From positions 96,001-160,000 of the forward strand of contig CAWEWF010000008.1 in assembly GCA_963812605.1 (NCBI GenBank): 64,000 bases of DNA, in the 5' to 3' direction. The stretch comes from an uncultured Verrucomicrobiae bacterium (lineage in GTDB: Bacteria > Verrucomicrobiota > Verrucomicrobiia > Palsa-1439). How positions within the stretch are numbered: the stretch's first letter is position 1; each line of letters starts with the position of its first letter. The position numbers and the translations under genes were made by a program. Below, one piece after another: positions 12,301-22,795 of this stretch. The notes under the pieces were generated by a model. The model made no database searches. It was not told the DNA's origin and saw nothing but the letters and a program-made list of their open reading frames with translations.

Positions 12301-12895
12301 GTGTTCCAATGGCCTTGGGGGCTCTGGGCGTGGACACGCTGCCCCTTGGGGGCACGCCCGCACAGACGGGTCAGGTTGGTCTTGGCACCCGATTCGTCCA
12401 GGAAGATCAATCGGGCGGGGTCGAAGCTGGCTTGTCGGCGGCGCCACGTGCGGCGCGCCCGCGTGATATCCGCACGGTCTTGCTCGCTGGCCCGGAGCGT
12501 CTTTTTTTACATGTCAGTCCCCTCCGCTGCAGCGCGTAATGGATGGCGGGCAGCGAGCAGTTCAGCGCCACCGCCACGCGGAGTTCTTTCAAGGTGAGGT
12601 TGGGTTTGCGACTCAGCAGCGTCCGCATCTGGCGCTGATGGGCCGCCAGGATCAGGGGCTTGCGCCCGGAGCAGTGATGACGCGGGGCGATGTCTCCGAT
12701 CCGGCGGCGCTGCTGCAAGAGCTTCTTGACCATGCCCAGCGACACGCCGTAGCGATTCGCGACCTCATCTCGCGTGCCCTCCTCACGGTCGTAGGAAGTC
12801 AAAATCCGTTCGCGCAGGTCCAACGATAAGGTTCGCATCAGTCCAGTCTGTCACAGACGAGACTAGATGGCTACACTTTTATTTAAAATGCTCTA
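12296..12895 (-). mobile_element. Truncated IS630-family insertion sequence
   Basis: orfA MRTLSLDLRERIL (HTH, 12838 start), A7G slippery site at ~12501-12508, orfB start IFLDESG...GRAPKGQR...GHWNTTT then lost; end begins TAGAGCATTTT at 12895. Confidence 0.8.
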
Positions 12896-12997
12896 AATGG
12901 CCAAGAGGAATATTTTTCCAAGGAGTGCCGGGGAGATCACCGATTGGTCAGCGGACGGAGCAAGGCCGCCGACGCAGTACCATACATCGACCGCAGC

Positions 12998-13291
12998 TCA
13001 TTTACAGGATGGTCTGGAGAATGCCTGAGCTTTTAAGTCCTGGCTGCGCGTGATGCCGAATCGCTTGAGGGCTTCCGCACGGTTGATGAAATCGCCTTTT
13101 TCGGTGACGAAGCCGTGGTTGTTATCATCGCCGGTCCAAGCGTCGAGCGTGTCGGCGGGCACCAGAATGTCCCGCAGCAGACGCAGGTACAACATGATGT
13201 GACTCTCTCTCGGAATGCCAACATACACCTTGCCTTCGATGGTGAACGCAACTGCGCGCACCTTGTCGTGGTCTGCCCCGTCATTGATCAT
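12998..13291 (-). CDS. Small phage-like hypothetical protein
   Basis: Clean ORF with GFVTEKGDFINRAEA motif resembling small phage proteins; lies in the decayed element. Confidence 0.55.
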   Translation of the reverse strand: MINDGADHDKVRAVAFTIEGKVYVGIPRESHIMLYLRLLRDILVPADTLDAWTGDDNNHGFVTEKGDFINRAEALKRFGITRSQDLKAQAFSRPSCK

Positions 13292-13803
13292 AAGAAACTC
13301 CGATCGATGAAGTCGCGCCCCGACGCGCAACGTGGCGCGGCCACGGGGTGGCGGGGGGACTGGTTTTTCGTTTCACAAACCGCGGACAATACGCCGCGAA
13401 GCCTGACCGGTACTATGGGGTGTTCACCCCATATACAGGATTTGGTGAATCCAGCGCCTACGGCAGCAACCGCACGCGGCAGAGGCGGGGGGAAGTGGAG
13501 TGCCGCCCATTCCGTGCGCAATGGTGTGCAGCACGGCGGTCACCAAAAGGTGGTAAATATTTACCACTCAATGGCGCGAGGGGCCTCAGTCGCCACCGAG
13601 TCGTGGTCAGTCAACGACCTTGGGGGATTCAGTGTCTACGGCACCAGACGCACGCCGTAGTAGCGGGCGGGCTCAACATAGCCTTCCTCGCTTAAACAGT
13701 CCGCTTCGAAACCAATTCTCAACCTGCGTGCTCCGTCCGCCGGGTACGGTTCAACTTTCCTTTTTCAACTTCTGCCCAAGCCGGTGGCGTGCTCGACCCT
13801 CCG

Positions 13804-16800
13804 CTACTTCGCTGTTCCGGATTTATCGGCTGTGGCGGTGTAAAGCAGCACGCTGTCGTCAGCGAATGCCTCATCTCCAACCATGAGCACCGCCGGCAGC
13901 GACACGGTAACGCCAGGGTGTGGTGTCGTGGCGTTGGTCAAACCGTAGGCGGCCCATGAACTGGCAAATGAACCATGACTCAATTTGACCGTCACCGTCC
14001 AGACGGCGGGCCGCGTCTTCGTCGCTTTGCGTAATGCGAGCCGACAAGTCCCTTGGGCGTTCACACCGCGTCCCTGGCTGTCGAGCGTAAACGTCTCTTG
14101 CGCTTCCCCGATGTCCAAGGCCAGCGTTTGACCGGCCGGGCAGGAAATCGGGACTCAGTTCCGGCGTGGCGGTGAGACTGCAACTGTCGGAATTCGCCTT
14201 CGCGAAGTTCAACTTTGCCTGCAACTTGGTGACGGCAAGCTGGCAGGCTACCGCAACCGTCAGGTTGCTGGTGATCGAAGCTCCGCCGGCGCTCACGGTA
14301 ACGCTGGCCGTGGCCGGCCCGCAATTGGTGGTGGCATAGACATGCAGCGCGGTGCTGAGGGACGACTCGGCGTTGGTCACATCGTCCCCGAATTGCCACT
14401 GATAACTGAGTGGCTGGCCCACCGGACCGGTCGCGCCGACATTGAAGACATTCGTCTCGCCCACCATGACCACGGAAACGTTTGGAATGTTCAGCAGTGC
14501 ATTTGTGACGACGGGCGCCGAGACAATGAGCAAGGCTTGATTGGTTGGCGCCAGCACGGCGTGGACAATGAGGTTGGTCATGCTCAAGCCGCCGTAACCG
14601 AAAACCGTCAGCGTGACCGAGTAGATGCCGGCGTTCGAATACGTATGGCTCGGGCTGGTCAGGGGGCTCGTACCCTCGTCATCAAAGGTCCACAAGCGGC
14701 CGGTGATAATGCCACTGGACGCATCGGTGAAGTTCACCAATAGCGGCGCTGTGCCCATTGTCGGACTGGCCGTGAAACCCGCCACCGGTGGCGGCGCCAG
14801 AACCGTACCGGGACCGACGGGGTAGGTAGAGAACGAGACGGTGCCATTGTTGGCATTGATCAGGCCGTTATTGACCACCGGCCCGGCGAAGAAGGTGCTC
14901 GCCCCGCTGCTGACCACGATGGTGCCGTTGTTGGTGACGAGACCGGCAAAGTTCAATGTGCCGCACTCATTCGTGATCGTTCCCAGGTTGATCACGGCGC
15001 CATTGATCGTGCCGCAGCCGTTGAGCATGGCTCCGGCATTCACCGTCAACCCGGCATCGAAGGCATGGGTGCCGCCCAGCAGCGTCATGGTGGCCGCATG
15101 GATGCCGTCGCCCACCACGAAGGGCTGGCCGTTGGAGTTGGTCGTCGCCATGACCGTGAGTTGGCCTTGCCCAAAAACAAATCGACCTTGCGGGCTGATC
15201 GTGAGCGGGCCGGTTAATGTGCCGCCCTGGATGGACAGGGTGCCCGGGTTGCTACTGTTGCTGACGACCACCCGGGAAGCCGTCACGGTGCCGTTGGAGA
15301 TCGTCATCTGCCCGACTCCGTCGTTGCCGATGAAGGTGGTGTTGTTGGTGGCCAGCAGATCGCCACCGGTCATCCAGACCACACCGGTGGAATCCGGGTC
15401 TTCCCCGACATGCAGTAACGAGACCACCGATAGTGTGCCCCCGTCGATCAGCATGGAACCATTATCGTTGTAGCCGATGTAGATGTCCTCGCAGAAGATC
15501 AAGCCGTTGGACAGGGTCACCCCTCCCGGATGCGTCTGCCCGCCGTAAATGGTGCCGTTGGTAAGAATCAGCTCACCGCCATCCACGGTCAGGTCGTTGG
15601 CCACTAGGGCGGTATTGGTGCCGGCCGAACTGAACCCAAAATCGACAGTGCCACCGCTGCTGATGGTCAGATCGCCATGACCTCCGGCGCTACTGCCCAA
15701 CAGGATCGTACTGGCCAGTACTGTGCCGTTGGAGACCATCATATGACCCACGCCCACGCCATTGGTGCTGGTGCCATCATTGCCGATGCCGATGACGCCG
15801 TTGGTCACGATAAGCTGGCCGCCAACCACCTGTAGGGCATCCGTCGAGCCAATACCGGCGCCGAATTGTGTGTTCGTGCCGATATTCACCGTTCCGCCGG
15901 TTATATGGACGAATGCTTGGAAGTTCGTTGCTAAAGTCGTGCTGCCGTTAAGTTGTGACAGGACTGTTAAAGTCCCACCGGAGACCGTCAGGGTTCCTTG
16001 ACTCTGAATGTTCGTTGAGATTGCTAGCGAACTGCACAATACCGAACCATTCGACAGTGTGAGCGAAGCGCTGCCGATGTTGATAAATCCCAACCCGTTG
16101 GTGACGACGAGGGTCCCGCCGGTCACCCAAACGGTGCCGGTCGTGCCCCCAAGCACACCGGCCTCGATAAAGTCGCTCGATTCCAGGTATCCACTCCCTG
16201 AGACAGTGAGCGTCCCGTCGCTACCAGGGTTGCTGCCGATGCGCAAGCTGATCATAAGGACAGTGCCGCCAGTGACCGTCATTTCCCCCGCGCCACCCAC
16301 GCCCAACAAGGTGGGGGCGTCTTGGGCGATGAGAGTTCCTCCCGTCACGAGCACCGTGCCTAGCGCACCTGGCGCCCCGCCGACCTCTAAGTCGAAGGCG
16401 CCTGGGATGCAATTCGCGAATTGGAGCGTGCCGCCGGACAAGTTGAGCGTGCCTTGCGAGCCGCTATTGTTGCCCACACTAATGCTGAAGGACACCATCT
16501 CGCCGCCCTGGATGGTCAACGTACCGGTGCCATTCAGGCCAACGTCCAATCGAAAGGATTCACAAATAGAATTGGTCGTAGTAAGCACGCCGCTGGCCAG
16601 GGTCAGGGCCCCATCCAAGTAGAGGGGATTTACCCCGGGCGGGTAATCGAAATACGGGAAACCATAATACTCGACGGCCGAGTTGGTGATGTAGAGTAGC
16701 CCGCCGTTGGTAATAACGAGCGAGTTCAAGATCCGCAGCGGCACGTTTGTGCCGGCATTGTTCAGTAACAGTTCGTTCACCGACCCAGCGGGCGCTCCCA

Positions 16801-17071
16801 GAAAGAGGCTGTTGATGGTCAGGCTATTTGAAAAGCTGCCGGACGTTGTGGCGTCGATCGTGACGGTTTTGGAGACGGTATTGGTGATCAGGTCGGCTGC
16901 ATCGCTGGTGGATGGTGCGGTGCCCAGCGACCAGTTGGCCCCCGTCTCCCATTTGCCGCTGGCGGTGTTAGTGTAACTGTTGACCTGGGCTTGGGCGGAG
17001 GACAGAAACGTGCTCGTAACGCTTCCGCAAAGCACGAGAACAAACCCGATTGTCAGGGCCTTTGAGTGCAT
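13804..17071 (-). CDS. Secreted beta-helix repeat surface protein 1 with two PKD domains and KLNFAK-type C-terminal domain; frameshift ~14139
   Basis: Signal peptide; GKWE..NWSLG N-module; G.G.LT..GG repeats; PKD motifs (FTASP...WTFDD, YQWQFGD); ORFs 13871-17071 and 13804-14118 join. Confidence 0.8.
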
Positions 17072-17147
17072 CGGTCCACTTCTGACTGAGGATGAAAAGC
17101 TGCCAACTTCCGCCGCTCGCCTGCGGCGTATCTTTCCACAGGCGCCG

Positions 17148-17176
17148 AGTTAATCAAAATTGGGAACGGCTGTCCA
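17148..17176 (-). promoter_or_regulatory. Sigma70-like promoter, copy 1 of 3
   Basis: TGGACA-N17-TTAACT with TG upstream of -10; conserved upstream of three paralogous genes. Confidence 0.55.
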
Positions 17177-17210
17177 GAGGGAACGGCGCTCCGCGATGCT
17201 TGCTTCGGCG

Positions 17211-20200
17211 CTACTGGAGGAAGAGCCTGATGGAGACCTTCTCGGCGGTGGCGTTGGTGCCCTTCAACGAAAGGCGCCCGGCGCTGAATGTGCCGGAGAA
17301 GTTGATCGGCTGTCTGTCGAAGGTGATGTACCCGTACACCTTGCTGCGGGAGGTCACCAGCAATTGTCCCACCATCATGTCCGGAGCGTCGCTCGTGGCG
17401 ATGTTGAAGATGCCAACATCATTGGCATTGGTGGTGATGAGGTAGCTCATATTCATCGGGGTCTTGACTACCGTCACCGCTCCCGACCAAGTGCCGCTAA
17501 TATCCGGGGGCATCGTCGTCGCCGGGATGCCCTTCCAGTGGAAGGTGCCGATCGTAGTGGACGCCACCCCGCTGAGACTCTTGCGGCTCTTGACCGGACC
17601 CACGAACGTGCCGGTCCAATTCATGGTGCTGCCGGTCACTTCGGAGAATGATCCCGTCACTTGCCCCGCGGCATTCGTGCCCCACAGGCCCGAGATGTCG
17701 TCGAGCCCAAAGGTCTGATTTCGAATCCCATAGCCGCTGGCAGTGAAATCATCCGCGAAGCTCAGGAACTGGGCGCCTTTGTCAAAGCTGCTGATCGTGA
17801 CCTCCCAATCACCGAGCGGCGAGTTCTTGGCGCCGACGTAGATCCTCACCACGGACGATGTGCCGATCTCGCCGACCAGGTCGGTGGCGCGAGCGAAAAG
17901 GGTATGAGTGCCGGGTGTGGAACCGACCGCGAAGTTTGTTGTTCCCGGGTTGGACGCAGTCTCCCCGATCTTCGCGCCGTCGGCAAAGAACTCGATCTTG
18001 CTGATGGCCCCGCCGTTGTGGGCCGTGGCGCTCGCGACAATCGTGATCGAGTTTGTCAACGGATACAACATGCCATCGGCGGGACGGATGGTTATGGTTG
18101 GCGGAGCATTCGTCACCGTGATCAGGTTGGCGAGGTTGGTCACGCTCGAACCGCCCGGGCCCGAGACCGTCAGCGTAACCGAATAGACGCCAGCGGTGGA
18201 GTAGATGTGGCTCGGGCTGATCAAGGTGCTGATACCGCCGTCATCAAAGGTCCACACGCGGCCGGTGATGATGCCGCTCGAGGCATCGGTGAAGTTCACC
18301 AATAGCGGCGTCGTGCCCGTTGTCGGACTGGCCGTGAAACCCGCCACCGGTGGCGGCGCCAGAACCGTACCGGGACCGACGGGGTAGGTAGAGAACGAGA
18401 CGGTGCCATTGTTGACATTGATCAGCCCGTTGTTGACCACCGGGCCCGAGAAATTGATCGTCGCCCCGCTGCTGACCACGATGGTGCCGTTGTTGGTGAC
18501 AAGATTGGTAAAGCTTAGCGGGCCGCATTCATTCGTGATCGTTCCCAGATTCACCACGGTGCCATTGATCGTGCCGCAGCCGGTGAGCAGGGCGTTGGTG
18601 GACACCGTCAACCCGGCATCGAAGGAATGGGTTCCGCCCAGCAGCGTCATGGTGGCTGCATGGGTGCCATCACCGACCACGAAGGACTGGCCGTTGGAAC
18701 TGGTCGTCGCCGTGACCACCAGTCGCCCCTGGCCGAAAACAAATCGACCGTGCGGGCTGATGGTGAGGTCAGCGGTCAGTATGCCGCCCTGGATCGACAG
18801 CGTGCCCGGGTTGCTGCTGTTGCTGACCATGACCCGGGAAGCCGTCACCGTGCCGTTGGAGATCGTCATTTGCCCGACTCCAGCATTGCCGATGAAGGTG
18901 GCATTGTTGTTGGTGAGTTGAAGATCGCCGCCATTGATCCAGACCGAACCGCTGGAACTGGGGCCTTCACCGATGAACAATTGCGAGGTCACCGACATGG
19001 TGCCGTTGTCCATGGTCAAGGTGCCGGCGTCATCATCGCCGACATTCACCACGATGCAGTTCGCCGTTCCGTCGACGATCGTCACGGTACCCGCATGGGC
19101 GTTGCCACAGTCCAAAGGTACCGTTAAAAATGTCCAGTTCTCCCCCTTGGATCGTCACGTCGTTGGGCACCAGCAACGCGTTAGAACCGATCAGGCTGAC
19201 CAGCCCGTTGCTCAGGATGGTCAGGTCGCCATGACCTCCGGTACTGCTGCCCAACAACATCGTATTGGCTAGTACCATGGCGTTGGAAACCAGCATGCTG
19301 CCCATGCCCACACCATTGGTGCTGGTGCCATCATTGCCAACGCCGATGACGCCGTTGGTCGCGGTCAACTGGCCACCCATCACGGCGACGGTGCCGGTGG
19401 AGCTGGAAGCAGAGCCTACAGTCATATTGCTGTTGACCATCATCTGTCCGCCGCTCATCGCCAGGCTACCGAACGAGTTGGTGACGGTCCCAATCAGCGC
19501 CTGACCGACGACTGCCATTCCACCGTTGGAAACAGTCAAGCTGCCAGATCCGGCATTTCCGAGTACCAGCGGAGCATTTCCGAATAACAAGTGGCCGCTG
19601 TTCACCTCAACCGAGCCGGTGACTCCCGCGCCGGATCCCACTACCAGACCATTCGTGCCGGCCAGGATCTGGACGGTTCCGCCGGCGACGGTCAGAGTGC
19701 CCACTACGCCAAAATTCGTAGCGATTTGGCTGCCCACGAAGATCGACCGAGCCATCAGGGTGGCGTTGTTGGAGACAGTGACGCTGGCAGTGGCACCCTC
19801 AAGGCCACCCAAGCCAATGTTGACATGCCCGGCGGGCTCCGCATTCGTTACGACCAATTGTCCGCCTGTCAGTAAGATCTCCGCATGAAACTGACCAACC
19901 ATGGTGAGATTGGAAGAGAGGCTGACTGTGCCTGCCTCGTCGATCTCCAGGAAGCCCGATGCTCCGAAAGTGTCGCCGAAGTCAGCCATCCTCATGCCTT
20001 GCCCCTGGACAGTCGCGTTGCTAACCATCATGGTGCCAGAACCGCCGCCGACACCCAAACTGATGTCACCATTTGTGACGATGAGTTGACCACCAGTCAC
20101 GAAGATCGCACCGATTGCGCTACGCGTGAGAGCAACGCCAAGCCCCCCGCTCAGAGTCATCGTGCCACCCGCGACGGTTAGCGTCCCCGAGGCCCCTAGG

Positions 20201-22551
20201 CCGCCCTCAGGAATACTCACGCCGCCGGCTTCCACCGTGCCATTTGAAAGAGTCAGTTGTCCATCGGGGGTATCGATCCCCGCAATGCCCCCCACGTTAA
20301 TGGTCCCGCCGGTTACAACGAGGCTTCCACCAACGACCCAAATAGCTCCCGGCGAATGGAATCCGTCGACCCCTATATTGGGCGCGGTACCCATGACAAC
20401 GCCCCCGGATTGGATTGTGACCGTTCCGCCTACCTGAAATCCTGATCCAACCTGAAGACTGGAATTGGAGACAACCAATTGGGCGCCTTGATCGTCCAGG
20501 CTGAGATTGCCGATAATGTTGAGCGGTGTATTGGTTCCGGCGTTGCTCAGGAATAGAGTATTGGTTGCGAGCAGCGTATTCAAGATTGGCGCTAAAGAGC
20601 CGGAGATTTCCAGGTTGCTGATCGTCATCGTCGCCGGAGAGCCGCCCGAGGTTGCACCGTCAATCGTGACGGTTTTGGTGACCGGATTGGCAATGGAAAT
20701 TGCGCTCTGTGTGGAATTTGGCGGTGTTCCGAGCGACCAGTTCGGGCCATCTTCCCACTTGCCGCTCACGGAACTGATGTAACTGTTGGCCGTGCCATTT
20801 GTTACGTCAATCAAACCGGCTTGGATGTTCGTACTCACTCCCAGCGGACCACTCGCGATAAGGCTCACCGGGTAGGTCCCGGGCGCCACGTAGGTGTGCA
20901 AAACAAAGCGAAAGCTATTCGTCCCGTAATCGATATTGGTGCTGCTCCCATCTCCGAATGACCAGAACCAGTTGGTGATCGTGCCGGTTGAGGTATCAGC
21001 AAAAAAGACATCTAACGGCGCGGGACCACTGGTCGATGTCTCTGTGTCGAAATCCGCCACCGGCGGAACGCTGCCCACGCCGATTAAGAGCGTTGCGAAA
21101 ATGTCGCCGTTTGCGTCAACCAGTAAGTTTTCCTGGGATCCGCCGGCAGAGGATGGACTAAAGCTCACCACTACATTCATTGAATTGTTGGGGGGGAGGC
21201 TGAATGGACCACCGCCAGAGACGATAGCAAAGGGATCCACGACACTCTGGACGTGGCCAGTGACGGTCATGGCACCAACATTGGTCACCAAAAAGCTGGC
21301 CTGGCCGATTGTTCCCGTGGGGATATATGAAAAGTCCACGGTCTCTGGAAGTATGCTGACAGTTCCCGCAATGAGGAGACTGCCGCTATTCGTAATCGTC
21401 GAGTTGAATTGGACGCTGCCGCCAAGAGTATTGATCAGGCCGTTGTTGATAACTGGACCATTAAAAACGAGGGTCGCCCCGTTGGTGGCGACAATGCGGG
21501 CGTTATTGGTGACCGCGCAATCAAAGGTGAGCGTGCCACCCTGGCAATCATTAGTGATCGTCCCAAAGTTTACGACAAAGGCAGCGTCAACGGTGCCGCA
21601 CCCCGTGAGAAAGGCGTTGGAGACTACAATCATTCCACCGCTGGCGCTGGCGCTTCCATTTTCAATCAATTCCAACGTCGCGGGGTGATTTCCATCTCCG
21701 ATATCAAAGTCCGTATTCTCGAAATACTGGAACGTGGCAGTTTCTATTCGTCCCGAGCCGAATGCTAAGAATGTATCCAGCGTGCTCACCTGCCCGGAAA
21801 CTGAGCCACCCTGGATGGACAATGTGCCTCCCTCCTGGCTTATCGTGCCAGCAACGAACCCGTTGGAAATCGTCAGTTGGGCAATTTCGGTACTGTTTTC
21901 AAGATTGCCTAGGATTATTTCAGAGTCGATTTGGCCACCATTTATCCAGACGATTGCCGATCCGCTGCCTTGAAAGATTCCAGCAGACTCGATGACGGAG
22001 TTGCCATTCACAGTCAATGTGCCCGTCGATCCACCGAAATTACCTAATATGATCTGATCATCGGTCACAATCGCTCCGCTATTCATCGTCAAGGAGCCTT
22101 GTCCGTTATTGCCGATAACGAGGTTGGGATTTCCACTAGCGGGTCCAACCACATTGTCCACAACCAACGCAGAGTTCGAGACGAGCAACGCCCCGCCACT
22201 GCCAATCGTCAGTGCATTGAGCACTTGTAATGGAGGTGTCGGACCTGTGTTGGTCAACAGTAAAGTGTTGACCACTCCGCTGCCGGAGAGCGTCAGGCTA
22301 TTGACGGTCATCGTTGACGGGAAGTTACTCGAAGTCGTGCTGTCAATCGTCACCGTTTTGTTGGCGGCATTGGTGATGAAGATGGATTGAGTGTTGGTCG
22401 GCGAAAGATCAAGCGACCAGTTGGCGGGCGTTTCCCATTTGCCACCTGCGGTATTGGTGTAACTGTTTACCTGAGCTTGAACGGGGCACAAAAACGTGGT
22501 GCTTCCGGAAAGCGTGAGATAGAATCCGATTGCCAGAGCTTTTGATTGCAT
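17211..22551 (-). CDS. Secreted beta-helix repeat surface protein 2 (ASH-like Ig, PKD, Big-like, GDWEVTIS-type C-terminal domain); frameshift ~19115
   Basis: ORFs 19033-22551 and 17211-19115 join at NGT|LDCGN as in the paralog at ~37210; signal peptide; PKD motifs. Confidence 0.8.
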
Positions 22552-22624
22552 TGGTCTGCTTCCGACTGACGATAAGCCGCCAACTTTCGCCGCTCGCCTG
22601 CGGCGGGCTTCTCCAGGCGCGCCA

Positions 22625-22653
22625 AGTTAATCAAAACCGGGGGCGGCTGTCCA
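22625..22653 (-). promoter_or_regulatory. Sigma70-like promoter, copy 2 of 3
   Basis: TGGACA-N17-TTAACT followed by the same leader hairpin CGCCGC-AGGCGA-GCGGCG as copy 1. Confidence 0.55.
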
Positions 22654-22742
22654 GAGGGAATGGCGCTCCACATCACACACTTCGCGGAGTTGGGTTTCTT
22701 GAACAGGTCGCAGATTTTGGCGCAACGCGCGAGTAATTTGGC

Positions 22743-22770
22743 TTGCTTCACACTCGGGCGCAATTATGAT
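22743..22770 (+). promoter_or_regulatory. Sigma70-like promoter of tpsA operon 1 with TTGC-N13-GCAA dyad
   Basis: TTGCTT-N16-TATGAT; same layout at 42159-42186. Confidence 0.55.
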
Positions 22771-22795
22771 GACCCACGGCAGGGGAATTCGCGGC

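Noticed and set aside
13620-13700. tRNA-like or att sequence at the edge of the decayed element
   Set aside because: No complete stems or T-loop consensus could be folded
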